From UHGV virus genome UHGV-0135630: a DNA stretch of 57,694 bases; one strand, 5' to 3'. A model generated the notes under the pieces. The model did not search any database. It had not been told where the DNA came from and saw only the letters and a program-made list of their open reading frames with translations. Source of the DNA: a virus. Below are positions 20,016 to 30,297 of the stretch, in pieces. The position numbers were made by a program, and so were the translations under genes. How positions within the stretch are numbered: position 1 is the first letter of the stretch; every line of letters begins with the position of its first letter.

Positions 20016-20098
20016 AATAATTAAAACAGGCATTTACTACCTTCGGCGCACCTGGTGGGTTATCGTTGCCTCGGCTAACAATCACAGAAAAATGACAT

Positions 20099-20743
20099 AT
20101 GGATCTAAAACGCACGCGCTGGGTTCGTCGTCTTGAAGACGGCTCCTACACTATCGAATCAAATTCCAACCTGAATAAGCAGAAGTTGCTTTGTGACATC
20201 TGCGGTATAGCGGCGAAGTGCCCGATCTACGAAACCAGAATTAAACTTGATAAGGCTGGTGTGAATTTTCATTTAAACAGTTGCATCAGGTACGTTCCAT
20301 TACTCGCATTTCGTAAACCGATCATCGGATTGGATGCTCCCTACTTCAACACACTCCGTTCAGGTGTGACGTGGCGAGATCGTTTATCACCAGACAAGCT
20401 GATTTGCCTCGTATCCGCAGACACAGGGAAAATCATCCGTTTTGGGAAAGTAGACAAGGTTTACTCAGGCCCAGTAGACGAAATGTTGCGGAAACACAGC
20501 CGGTTTAATCATCTCTGTATGGGTGGTGAGAAAATCGAGAAGGTAGAAGAAGTGATCCGCAAATCCTACGGACACTTTCTGACCAAAGATAGCCTGCTCA
20601 CCGCAATCTACATCAGACATGTAAAACGTGAGTTCGACCTCGAATACCACAGCGAAGAAGAGCTTAACCTTGTTGACCCACGTCCAAAAGCTGGCGTCAT
20701 AAGCATAAACGCAGCGCGTAAAAAGCCCACTGACGCGCTGTAA
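20099..20743 (+). CDS. hypothetical protein
   Basis: 214 aa adjacent to the origin. Confidence 0.5.
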   Translation: MDLKRTRWVRRLEDGSYTIESNSNLNKQKLLCDICGIAAKCPIYETRIKLDKAGVNFHLNSCIRYVPLLAFRKPIIGLDAPYFNTLRSGVTWRDRLSPDKLICLVSADTGKIIRFGKVDKVYSGPVDEMLRKHSRFNHLCMGGEKIEKVEEVIRKSYGHFLTKDSLLTAIYIRHVKREFDLEYHSEEELNLVDPRPKAGVISINAARKKPTDAL

Positions 20744-20766
20744 CCCTCCAGATCGTATATTGGCGT

Positions 20767-20787
20767 AGATAGAATCTACGCCTCCTC
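20767..20787 (+). terminator. hairpin terminator candidate
   Basis: ggcgtagatagaatctacgcc inverted repeat. Confidence 0.35.
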
Positions 20788-20997
20788 AAAATAGCTCTCA
20801 TAGCGTTCTACAGTGATCCTGTCTTATTTTTAGTCATACAGACAAGCAAAGTTGCGCCACAATAAATAGGTATATACTTACTTATAAATTTTGTATATTA
20901 AGGCGCTCGTTTCATTCCTAACATACCGTTATGCATAGTTGTTTACCTCCTCATTGCTCTTAAAATTTGTATCAAAATAACCACAAAGGAAAAACAC

Positions 20998-22083
20998 ATG
21001 ACTTTGCCATACGGCGTCATTTCTGACTGCCACTACCACAAATGGGATGCGTTCTCCACGACGAACGCAGAGGGGCTTAACTCCAGACTTGAAATACAGT
21101 TGGAAGCAACGAAAGAAGCAGCCATCGCCATGAAGAAGGCCGGTTGTAAGTACATGTTGGTTGCCGGTGATACATTTCACGTCCGAGGAACTGTGTCCCC
21201 TTCTGTTTTGCATTACGTAACTGAAACGTACAAGTGGATTATCAACGAGCTTGATCTGACAGTAGTAATGCTGGCCGGTAATCACGATCTTGAAACCAAC
21301 GATTCAGTATATAGCGCCAACGCAGCAGCATCGCTGAGTTCTATCGGCGTGGTAATCGTATGTGGCAAACGCCCACACTCAATAAAAATTGGTGATGTGA
21401 CTGTCCACCTGATTAGCTGGCGTAACAATCATGCGGAGCTTATCAGCGATCTGAAAGCATTACGTAAGAGCGTAGAAGGTGATAATCATGACGTTGTTAT
21501 CCATACATCCATTAACAAAGCCATTCCAACAATGCCTGACGTCGGTATCGATGCGCAGGAGTTAAAGGATATCGGCTTTCGTCTCGTGCTTAGTGGGCAT
21601 TACCACAACCACAAAGAGGTCATTCCTGGAGTTATCAGTGTCGGTGCGCTGACCCATCAAAATTGGGGAGATGTTGGATCTCTGGCTGGTTACATGATCG
21701 TAAACCCGGACGGCAGTTTCAGTCACTACGAAACCAGTGCGCCTAAATTCATTAACCTGGAAGATTATGTTGCCGATGACCAAATTCGCGGCAACTACGT
21801 GCGTTTCCGCGCCGTAATTGAGAACGATGAAGAAGGCATTAAGTACCAGAACATCCTCAAAACAATGGGTGCAAAAGGTGTCGTGTGCAACTTCATCCGT
21901 AAGTCATCAATGATGGAAGGGACAGCAAGCACAACGGAAACCAGCAAAATCGATAGCCTGGGAGAGTCGGTATCTGCTTATTGCAAGATTGTCCACGATA
22001 CTGACGGCGGATTTGATCTGAGCAAGTTGGATATTTTGTGTCAGGAAATCCTCACCGAAGCGGAGAGTTCGGAGGCTGTGTGA
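20998..22083 (+). CDS. sbcD: SbcD/Mre11-like nuclease (calcineurin-like phosphoesterase)
   Basis: LVAGDTFHVRG and MLAGNHD phosphoesterase motifs; followed by SbcC-like gene. Confidence 0.8.
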   Translation: MTLPYGVISDCHYHKWDAFSTTNAEGLNSRLEIQLEATKEAAIAMKKAGCKYMLVAGDTFHVRGTVSPSVLHYVTETYKWIINELDLTVVMLAGNHDLETNDSVYSANAAASLSSIGVVIVCGKRPHSIKIGDVTVHLISWRNNHAELISDLKALRKSVEGDNHDVVIHTSINKAIPTMPDVGIDAQELKDIGFRLVLSGHYHNHKEVIPGVISVGALTHQNWGDVGSLAGYMIVNPDGSFSHYETSAPKFINLEDYVADDQIRGNYVRFRAVIENDEEGIKYQNILKTMGAKGVVCNFIRKSSMMEGTASTTETSKIDSLGESVSAYCKIVHDTDGGFDLSKLDILCQEILTEAESSEAV

Positions 22084-22124
22084 GGCAAAGTCGTTATGGG
22101 AGCTTTCGAGACTTTGCCATCACG

Positions 22125-22316
22125 ATGAAAAGACTTGAACGAGGCCAGACGGTGATGTTTCACAAGCCCTACCCGCCACAAGGAAATCCCGTAGCGTTTT
22201 ATCTTGGAAGGTTAACCAGAAAAGGCGTATTGAGGCGCAGATCCTTCCCGGCGCATACGGAGTTCAGATTGAAAGAAGGTCAAAAGCTAACACACGGTAT
22301 CAAAGGTGTTATATGA
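22125..22316 (+). CDS. hypothetical small protein (uncertain)
   Basis: 63 aa from internal ATG between sbcD-like and sbcC-like genes. Confidence 0.25.
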   Translation: MKRLERGQTVMFHKPYPPQGNPVAFYLGRLTRKGVLRRRSFPAHTEFRLKEGQKLTHGIKGVI

Positions 22317-24229
22317 AGTTTTTAAAGCTCCAGGTTGAGAATTTTATGGCTATCGCCAGCGCGGAGGTCGAGTTAGATCAGCGTGGTTTAGTGCTCATTC
22401 AGGGTGTTAATAGTGATGATAGTTCCGCATCAAGTAATGGCTCTGGAAAGTCAACGCTAATGAATAGCCTGATGTGGTGTCTTTATGGCGAAACAGCTCA
22501 TGGTGTGAAGGGTGACGATGTGTTGTCTACCGACCATGAAAAGAACTGTCGTGTTGCAGTAACCATCGAGGATGAAGGCAAGAGATATGCGATCATTCGT
22601 CACCGTAAACACAAAGAGTTCAAAAATCGGCTTATCGTTCGTGGTGAAGACGGCGATATGACGAAAGGCAAAGATGCGCTGACGCAAGAGTTCGTCGAGC
22701 GTCTGATCGGTGCATCTAAAGAGGTTTTCATGGCTTCCATCTATGCGAGCCAAGAAGCTATGCCAGATTTACCTGGAATGTCCGACAAAAACCTCAAAAC
22801 CATCGTAGAAGAAGCCGCTGGCGTTGACAGACTGACACGCGCCTACGCTATTGCTCGTGAGCGAGCTAATGCAGCTGCCGCACGTATGGATGTGGTTAAA
22901 ACCAAATTGGAGTCGACAATCTCGACCATTGAGGCAACACAGTCAGAAATTGAGTCAGCGAAAGCCTCCTCTGAATCATGGGAGCAAGAGCGTTCTAAAC
23001 GTTATGACGATGCCCTGGCTGGGCTGGCCAGTGCCGAAGTTGAGTTAACGGAAGTTGAACTTGAGATCCGCACTCTTCCCGAACAGATCCGTGATACCGA
23101 GAAGGCAATCGAAAGTGAGCGCAAAAAGTTAGCCTCAAAAGAAGAACATGACGCCAAGTTGCTCAAAGTTCGTGGTGCGATAACTGATATTCGGGCAAGC
23201 ATCAAAGCTACAGAAAATAGTCAGGCTGATGCAATGAACCGCGCGCGTAATTTTAAGACCAAAGCAGAAGAGGTTGGTACTAAAGTGGGATCACCATGCC
23301 CTACTTGTGGCAAAGCCTACTGCGAAGAAGATCTATCAACGGTGAAGGAGAATTTCATTGAACAAGCACGTCAGGAAATTGGTCAGGCGAAGACACTTGC
23401 AGAGGCAATGGCTAAACACAAAACGAATCTTGAGAAAGCGTTAAGCATTGAGTCTGCCCTTGTTAAAACGACACCTGATGTAACGGCTATCATTGCCCGG
23501 ATTGAAGAGCTTACGAAACAACTCTCATCTTTGCGTCATCGTGAGAAGGAGGTTGTTGCTATTGAGTCTCTTGTGACTCGTGCTCGTACTGAGGTCGATC
23601 GTATATCAAAAGAGATTAATCCGTTTATTGCTCTTATCGCCAGACACGAAGATAACCTGGTATCCAGTAAGTCTACCTTCAAGTCCTTAAAAGATGAGTT
23701 GAAGGCTATTCAGGAACAAACGTTGCTATTGGAAAAAGCTCGTCAGGTCTACTCTCCTGCCGGGGTGCGTTCTCATATTTTGACGTCTGTTACGCCTTTC
23801 CTGAATACACGCACTGCCGAGTATCTCAATACGTTGTCTGACGGGAATATTACTGCTGAGTGGTCGACGATGGATGTCACTAAAAAAGGTGAGTATCGCG
23901 ACAAATTCAACATTAGTGTGCAGAAGAAAGGTTCAAGTAAGTCGTTCCAGACCCTCTCTGGTGGTGAGAAGCGGAAGGTTCGCATTGCGTGTTCTTTGGC
24001 ATTGCAGGATCTGGTTAGTAACCGGGCGAGTAAAAACATCGATTTGTTTATCGGCGACGAAATTGACGATGCACTCGATACAGCCGGTCTTGAACGCCTC
24101 ATGGGTATTCTGGAGTCCAAAGCTCGCGAGCGAGGTACTGTGCTGATTATCTCCCATAAAGAGATGAAGTCATGGTTCCGGGAAACTATTACGCTGGAAG
24201 TTAAAGAGGGGCGCAGCTATGTCGTTTAA
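22313..24229 (+). CDS. sbcC: SbcC/Rad50-like ATPase
   Basis: Walker A GSGKST; long coiled-coil; zinc hook CPTCGK; C-terminal signature and D-loop regions. Confidence 0.8.
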   Translation: MKFLKLQVENFMAIASAEVELDQRGLVLIQGVNSDDSSASSNGSGKSTLMNSLMWCLYGETAHGVKGDDVLSTDHEKNCRVAVTIEDEGKRYAIIRHRKHKEFKNRLIVRGEDGDMTKGKDALTQEFVERLIGASKEVFMASIYASQEAMPDLPGMSDKNLKTIVEEAAGVDRLTRAYAIARERANAAAARMDVVKTKLESTISTIEATQSEIESAKASSESWEQERSKRYDDALAGLASAEVELTEVELEIRTLPEQIRDTEKAIESERKKLASKEEHDAKLLKVRGAITDIRASIKATENSQADAMNRARNFKTKAEEVGTKVGSPCPTCGKAYCEEDLSTVKENFIEQARQEIGQAKTLAEAMAKHKTNLEKALSIESALVKTTPDVTAIIARIEELTKQLSSLRHREKEVVAIESLVTRARTEVDRISKEINPFIALIARHEDNLVSSKSTFKSLKDELKAIQEQTLLLEKARQVYSPAGVRSHILTSVTPFLNTRTAEYLNTLSDGNITAEWSTMDVTKKGEYRDKFNISVQKKGSSKSFQTLSGGEKRKVRIACSLALQDLVSNRASKNIDLFIGDEIDDALDTAGLERLMGILESKARERGTVLIISHKEMKSWFRETITLEVKEGRSYVV

Positions 24230-24962
24230 ATTAAGCCGCTCGCAGTTTTTGCAGGTATTTGCAGTGATGCAGTCGATAAAACTGATCAATGGGCATACTT
24301 CCAATGGTGCGGCTCCACGTATTCTGTGGGGCAGCAACAATATTGACGGAGTACAATTCGCCGCGTTGCTTGGTCTAATATCCGAGACGCCATTGATGCA
24401 AAGTTTGAAATCACTACCACCTGGATGTATTGCGCCGATCCTGATTAATCCTTTTGTTGAGGGGGGATATCTTCCCAACGTCGGGCCTGGGTTTATTGCA
24501 TCCCATGAAACTGAAGATCTTAACATTAATAGCGAAGGGTTCTTTGGGGGTATGGGTGCGCATCACTGTATGGCTTTCACGAACCTTATTCGACTTGCCA
24601 ATAAGCGGGTGGATAGTTTGGCATCGCCAGGTGATGCTTTTACTGGTTTCCTTATCCAAAGGAGGGATAAAAAGTACAGTGCGGACAAACTACAGTTTGT
24701 TGGTAAGTATGGAGAAATGGTAGAAATCGAACTTCAGCTCCCGCATGTTTTAGCAAACGATAGTGCAGACAGTCGGAGGCTGTTGGGCATCATGCGTCAT
24801 TTCATAGCAAGTGGCGTTAAACATGCCGTAGATAAACGTGTCACGCAGGAAAATGAGTATTCAGACTTTGCAAACTCTCCCCAACCAACGTTGCAAACGG
24901 CAATAGTAACCAATTCGTTGGAGGCGAGATTATTGGAAAACCCTATATGGGGAACATGGTAA
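24219..24962 (+). CDS. hypothetical protein
   Basis: 247 aa overlapping the sbcC-like stop. Confidence 0.45.
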   Translation: MSFKLSRSQFLQVFAVMQSIKLINGHTSNGAAPRILWGSNNIDGVQFAALLGLISETPLMQSLKSLPPGCIAPILINPFVEGGYLPNVGPGFIASHETEDLNINSEGFFGGMGAHHCMAFTNLIRLANKRVDSLASPGDAFTGFLIQRRDKKYSADKLQFVGKYGEMVEIELQLPHVLANDSADSRRLLGIMRHFIASGVKHAVDKRVTQENEYSDFANSPQPTLQTAIVTNSLEARLLENPIWGTW

Positions 24963-24971
24963 GGAGACTAT

Positions 24972-25541
24972 ATGAGTAAAAAAATCAGCGTAGTTGGTGT
25001 TGATCCCTCAATGAGCAACTTTGGGCTTGCTGTGGGCACTTTAGACCTTGAGACGGACGAACTTGAGATTCACGGCCTTACTCTTGTTGAGACTAAAGCG
25101 GGGAGTAACAAAAAGACCGTTCGTGTGAACAGTGACGATCTGCGCCGAGCCAGTGAAATATGGCGTGTTGCGAAGCCAATCATTGATAAGGCAAATATGG
25201 TTTTTTGTGAGCTACCGGTTGGGAGCCAAAACTCTCGTTCGCAGACGTCTTACGGTATTTGTATCGGTGTACTTGCGTGTGTGGATAAGCCATTGATCCA
25301 GGTTACTCCAAACGAAATCAAGCATTTTGTCGGCAATAAACTTACTACATCGAAAGAAGAGATTATCCAGTGGGCTACGAAAAAACACCCTAAAGCACCG
25401 TGGCTGCGTCGTAAGCAATCTGGACAGGATGTTCTCGTGAACAAAAACGAACATTTGGCTGATGCGGTGGCTGCCATCCATACCGGTATGCAAACAGATC
25501 AGTTCCGCCAGGTGCGCGATGTTCTTAAGTCTCTCATTTGA
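24972..25541 (+). CDS. RuvC-like Holliday junction resolvase (putative)
   Basis: N-terminal VVGVDPSMSNFGLAV and C-terminal EHLADAVAAIHTG resemble RuvC catalytic regions. Confidence 0.55.
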   Translation: MSKKISVVGVDPSMSNFGLAVGTLDLETDELEIHGLTLVETKAGSNKKTVRVNSDDLRRASEIWRVAKPIIDKANMVFCELPVGSQNSRSQTSYGICIGVLACVDKPLIQVTPNEIKHFVGNKLTTSKEEIIQWATKKHPKAPWLRRKQSGQDVLVNKNEHLADAVAAIHTGMQTDQFRQVRDVLKSLI

Positions 25542-25614
25542 TTTCATTGATAGGTAAGTGCTTATCTATTAACATGGGCCACTATATTTAGTGGCCCTCT
25601 TTATTTGGTGATAC

Positions 25615-27930
25615 ATGATAAGCATCGTAAAACGTAACGGCCAAACAGAGCCGTTATCCGAAGAAAAATACAACCGCGTCGTAATGTATGGCGTAGAAGG
25701 CATTCGTGGTGTAAGCGCATCCGCTGTAGCAATGGGAGCTGCGGCCAGCATTTTTGATGGGATGACCACCAGCCAGTTGCATGAGGCTTTGGTTAAATCT
25801 GCCGCTGATTTGATCTCACCAGAAGCACCAAATTACTCACAGGTGGCTGCCCGCCTGAACATTTTTAAAATCCGCAAAGATGCCTTCGGTCGTTACGACT
25901 ATCCGAACTTCTACCAACACATTGTCAAGAACGTTAACAAGGGCGTTTATGACAAGGATTTGCTGACACATTATTCGTTTGAAGAGATCGAAGAACTCGG
26001 CAATTACATTAAGCCGAAACGTGACGATCTTTTTGGCTATGCAGCTACGGTGCAGTTGCAAAGCAAATACCTCGTTCAAAACCGTGTTACTGGTGAGATT
26101 CATGAGGGGCCGCAACATATCTATATGCTGGTAGGCATGTGTCTGTTCCAGAATTGGGAAGACGACTGCGCTGGCAAAACACGTATGGAGATGGTCAAAG
26201 GTTTCTATGACGTTACAAGTACGTTCAAACTGTCTCTGCCCACACCAATCATGGCCGGCGTCCGTACTCCAACCCGTCAGTTCTCCAGTTGTGTGCTGAT
26301 TGAGTCTGGCGATAGTCTGAAAGGGATTAGTGCAGCTTCAGCCGCAATTATCGACTACGTTTCACGTCGTGCTGGAATTGGTATTGGTTTTGGCCGTATC
26401 CGTGCGCTGGGCAGCGAGATCCGCAATGGTGAAGCCACCCATACTGGAGTTATTCCATTCCTGAAGCATTTCCAGACGGCTGTTAAATCTTGTTCGCAAG
26501 GTGGTGTTCGTGGTGGCGCAGCAACAGCGTTTTACCCGATCTGGCATCTTGAAGTTGAAAGTCTGCTGGTGGTGAAAAATAACCGTGGTATTGATGAAAA
26601 CCGCGTTCGCCATCTTGATTACGGCGTCATGAGTAACCGTCTAATGTACCGTCGACTCGTCAGAAGCGAGAACATCACTCTGTTCAGCCCGCATGATGTG
26701 CCTGATATGTACGAAGCCTTCTTCACAGACCAGGAGCTGTTTGAAAAGCTGTACCATAAATACGAAGCCGATGATTCAATTCGCAAGAAGTCAGTACCTG
26801 CCATTGAGCTGTTCTCATCTCTGATGCAGGAACGAGCGTCCACGGGCCGAATTTATATTGCGAACGTCGATCATATTAACGAGCATGGCGCTTTCATTCC
26901 TGCTCTTGCACCTGTTCGCCAGTCAAACCTGTGCATGGAGATCACTCTACCCACTCGTCCACTGGCATTTACCGACGACCCGAACGGTGAGATCGCGCTA
27001 TGCACTTTATCCGCTTTTAACCTCGGAGCCATCCGTTCACTGGAGTCTCTTAAAGAGGTGGCGTTCTATGCCGTTGCTGCACTGGATTCGTTACTGGATT
27101 ATCAAGACTATCCGATGGAGGCAGCCGAAGTGCCTGCCAAAGCTCGTCGTAGCTTGGGAATTGGTGTAACCAACTTTGCTTATTACCTGGCAAAGAATGG
27201 CGTTCGTTATTCTGATACCGCTGGCAATAAACTGGTGCATGAAACGTTCGAAGCTATCCAGTATTACCTTCTTGATGCCAGCTGCCGACTTGCTGAAGCA
27301 AAAGGTGAGTGTGACTGGTTTGAGCAGACCAAGTACGCAATTGGTCAGTTGCCGATCGACCATTACCGTTCTTCATTAGACGAAAGCGGCGAAACCAACT
27401 TTGAGTTAAAGATGCCGTGGGAAGAACTGCGTGAACGTATTGCAAAATACGGCCTTCGCAACTCCACACTGACGGCACAAATGCCATGCGAGACTTCCAG
27501 CCAGATCACTAATTCCACCAACGGCATCGAACCGCCTCGTGGCCCGGTGTCGGTGAAATCTTCTAAGGACGGCATCGTTAAGATGGTCGTGCCTGAGTTT
27601 GAAAAACTGAAGGAACAGTATGAATACCTGTGGGATATGCCGGACAACCGCGGCTATCTGACAAAGGTGGCGATCATCCAGAAGTTCTTTGACCAGGCTA
27701 TTTCAGCCAATACCAACTATGACCCTTCTCGCTTTGAAGGCGATAAAGTCCCAATGATGACGCTACTGTCAGATTTGCTTCTCGCCTACAAGATGGGAGT
27801 TAAAACGCTTTACTACCACAACACCAGAGATGGGGCAGGAAAGCGTGATGACGACGAACCGCAGAATCCACTGACGCAAGCTGTAGCCGTCGAGCCAGAA
27901 GATGAGTGCGACGGAGCCTGCAAAATCTGA
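25615..27930 (+). CDS. nrdA: ribonucleoside-diphosphate reductase alpha subunit (class Ia)
   Basis: 771 aa collinear with E. coli NrdA (PTPIMAGVRTPTRQFSSCVLIE, SNLCMEI, C-terminal GACKI). Confidence 0.9.
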   Translation: MISIVKRNGQTEPLSEEKYNRVVMYGVEGIRGVSASAVAMGAAASIFDGMTTSQLHEALVKSAADLISPEAPNYSQVAARLNIFKIRKDAFGRYDYPNFYQHIVKNVNKGVYDKDLLTHYSFEEIEELGNYIKPKRDDLFGYAATVQLQSKYLVQNRVTGEIHEGPQHIYMLVGMCLFQNWEDDCAGKTRMEMVKGFYDVTSTFKLSLPTPIMAGVRTPTRQFSSCVLIESGDSLKGISAASAAIIDYVSRRAGIGIGFGRIRALGSEIRNGEATHTGVIPFLKHFQTAVKSCSQGGVRGGAATAFYPIWHLEVESLLVVKNNRGIDENRVRHLDYGVMSNRLMYRRLVRSENITLFSPHDVPDMYEAFFTDQELFEKLYHKYEADDSIRKKSVPAIELFSSLMQERASTGRIYIANVDHINEHGAFIPALAPVRQSNLCMEITLPTRPLAFTDDPNGEIALCTLSAFNLGAIRSLESLKEVAFYAVAALDSLLDYQDYPMEAAEVPAKARRSLGIGVTNFAYYLAKNGVRYSDTAGNKLVHETFEAIQYYLLDASCRLAEAKGECDWFEQTKYAIGQLPIDHYRSSLDESGETNFELKMPWEELRERIAKYGLRNSTLTAQMPCETSSQITNSTNGIEPPRGPVSVKSSKDGIVKMVVPEFEKLKEQYEYLWDMPDNRGYLTKVAIIQKFFDQAISANTNYDPSRFEGDKVPMMTLLSDLLLAYKMGVKTLYYHNTRDGAGKRDDDEPQNPLTQAVAVEPEDECDGACKI

Positions 27931-28036
27931 CATATGGTGGGGGATATCCCCACCTTCTCTTTGATTTGTAAGCCTTGTTTAAACACATAAGATAACAACT
28001 TGTTTAAACGCACCAAAAAAGAAAAAGGAAAAACAC

Positions 28037-29179
28037 ATGTCATATTCAACGTTCCGTTTGGGTGCTAATGATGCAACCAAAGAGCCTATGTTCCTCGGAC
28101 AATCTGTCAACGTGGCACGTTACGATCAGCAAAAATACCGTGATTTTGAAAAGTTGATTGAACGTCAATTGTCTTTCTTCTGGCGGCCGGAAGAAGTTGA
28201 TATTTCGAGCGATCGTATCGACTTCAACACGAAGCTGCGGGACCACGAACGTCACATTTTTCTGAGCAATCTCCGTTATCAAACGTTACTCGATTCAGTT
28301 CAGGGACGTAGTCCAAATGCAACGCTGCTGCCGCTTATCTCTATTCCTGAACTGGAAACGTGGGTTGAAACGTGGTCTTTCTCTGAGACTATCCATAGCC
28401 GCAGCTACACCCACATTATTCGTGGCATGGTGGACGATCCGAGCATTGTTTTTGACGGTATTGTTACGGATGAAGAAATCATCAACCGAGCGATCAGTAT
28501 CTCTGCTGAATATAACAGGCTTTATGGGATGACCTGCGAGCGCCAGTCGTTAGGTGAGAAGGAGTTTGAACGTCTGTACGTAAATGAATATGGCTGGGAG
28601 CCATACCCTTTGCACCGTCAGCTTTTCCGCACGTTGGTGTCCATTAATGCGCTTGAGGCGATCCGTTTCTATGTAAGTTTTGCATGTACGTTTGCCTTTG
28701 GCGAACGGAAGTTGCTTGAGGGTAACACCAAAATTATGCGCTTTATTGCCCGTGATGAAGCTCTGCATTGCGAAGGAACTGAACGCATGATCCGCTTCAT
28801 GCGTACCGGTCGCGAAGGTTTATTGTGGAAAGAGATTGCTGCTGATGAAGAAAACGTCATTTACGACACCATGAAATCAGTCGCCGAACAAGAAATGAAC
28901 TGGGCAGACTATCTCTTCAAAGACGGTTCGATGATTGGTTTAAACGCGGATATTCTCAAAACCTATGTAAAATACCGCACCAATCTGGCTATGAATCGTC
29001 TTGGCCTGAAGGCTTTATTTCCAGAGGTTACCACCGATCCGCTGGTCTGGATGAACAAGTGGTTGTTAACCGACACACTGCAAATTGCACCACAAGAGGC
29101 AGAGCAAAGCACATATCTGGTAGGTCAGATCGATTCTACCGTGGATAAGGCTTCTCTAAGCCAGTTTGCTGACCTGTAA
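28037..29179 (+). CDS. nrdB: ribonucleoside-diphosphate reductase beta subunit
   Basis: 380 aa; di-iron ligand pattern ([15 protein letters not shown]) and NrdB-like C-terminus. Confidence 0.9.
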   Translation: MSYSTFRLGANDATKEPMFLGQSVNVARYDQQKYRDFEKLIERQLSFFWRPEEVDISSDRIDFNTKLRDHERHIFLSNLRYQTLLDSVQGRSPNATLLPLISIPELETWVETWSFSETIHSRSYTHIIRGMVDDPSIVFDGIVTDEEIINRAISISAEYNRLYGMTCERQSLGEKEFERLYVNEYGWEPYPLHRQLFRTLVSINALEAIRFYVSFACTFAFGERKLLEGNTKIMRFIARDEALHCEGTERMIRFMRTGREGLLWKEIAADEENVIYDTMKSVAEQEMNWADYLFKDGSMIGLNADILKTYVKYRTNLAMNRLGLKALFPEVTTDPLVWMNKWLLTDTLQIAPQEAEQSTYLVGQIDSTVDKASLSQFADL

Positions 29180-29256
29180 ACCGATACAAAGCATTATGTG
29201 GCCTGGCAACGCTGGGCCACAATGGATCTCAAGAATTAAGAAGGAACAAAACTAGC

Positions 29257-30126
29257 ATGAACTTTACCAAACTGACTGACCACCTGAAACTTGCCACCGA
29301 TCGACTCATTGGATTTAAGCCAGAACCATATGAGTTGCATGAAGGTCATGGTGTAGCTACTGAAAGTATTTACAAGATGGTCGATCAGTTTCATGAACTC
29401 TTCCAGCATCCGAGACGCGTTATGCCGACACCAGAGCTGCTTCGTCTCCGTGCAAGCCTGATTCATGAAGAAGCTGTAGTGGAAGGTATTCCTGCCGCAA
29501 TGAATGGGGATATTGAGCAACTGCTGGATGCAATGGCCGACTTTTTATACGTTGGTGTTGGTACGATGGTCGCCATCAAAGGTGGTATTTCTACCGGCAT
29601 GACCTATTACACGCAGGAACAGAGCATTGATCGCTTTATGCAGACAATTTTTGTGCCCGGTAACACTGTTTTCGATGATATGGCAATGCCATTTCAGGAA
29701 GCTCGTGAGGCGTCATGTATGCTCGAAGAGCTGGCAGATAAACTTGAGAACAAGACTGTTAAGGATTCTGAGCTGATTCAGGAACTGCGCCGTGTCATGA
29801 ACAAAATCTATGTGGCGTGCATGATGACCTATCGACTGGCTGATTTCCTCGGTATCAATGTAGTCGAGCTGGTTGGCGAAATTCATCGGTCTAACATGAC
29901 AAAATTATGGCCTGCTGATGTTGAGGAACGTCGCCAGGCTGTGGCCAACTGCAAATACGACTCTTCAGATCTGGGATTCCGCCATGCTGATGGTACCGAT
30001 AAGATGATCGGTTTTCGAATTTCCGATGGAAAGATTCTGAAGTCTCCAACCTATAGTGATGTCGATTTATCCTCCTTTGTTGAGCAAGCTAAAGCCTCAG
30101 CAATGTACGGAATGATCAAAAAATAA
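29257..30126 (+). CDS. MazG-like nucleoside triphosphate pyrophosphohydrolase (tandem all-alpha domains, putative)
   Basis: 289 aa with two EExxE/D-containing helical repeats; between nrdB and thyA. Confidence 0.5.
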   Translation: MNFTKLTDHLKLATDRLIGFKPEPYELHEGHGVATESIYKMVDQFHELFQHPRRVMPTPELLRLRASLIHEEAVVEGIPAAMNGDIEQLLDAMADFLYVGVGTMVAIKGGISTGMTYYTQEQSIDRFMQTIFVPGNTVFDDMAMPFQEAREASCMLEELADKLENKTVKDSELIQELRRVMNKIYVACMMTYRLADFLGINVVELVGEIHRSNMTKLWPADVEERRQAVANCKYDSSDLGFRHADGTDKMIGFRISDGKILKSPTYSDVDLSSFVEQAKASAMYGMIKK

Positions 30127-30297
30127 TTGTAGGTAGTTATCTATCTGTGTATATTGCGTTGGCGCGTTGAATTTCTGAAGCAACTATTCGTTTTTGGTGG
30201 CCTATGGCCACCATTTTTTTATCTATCTGGTCTTGTTCTCTCAATAAATGTAAACTCACGCAATGAATAAGTGGTTACTTATCTTTGTGAGGTTTTT

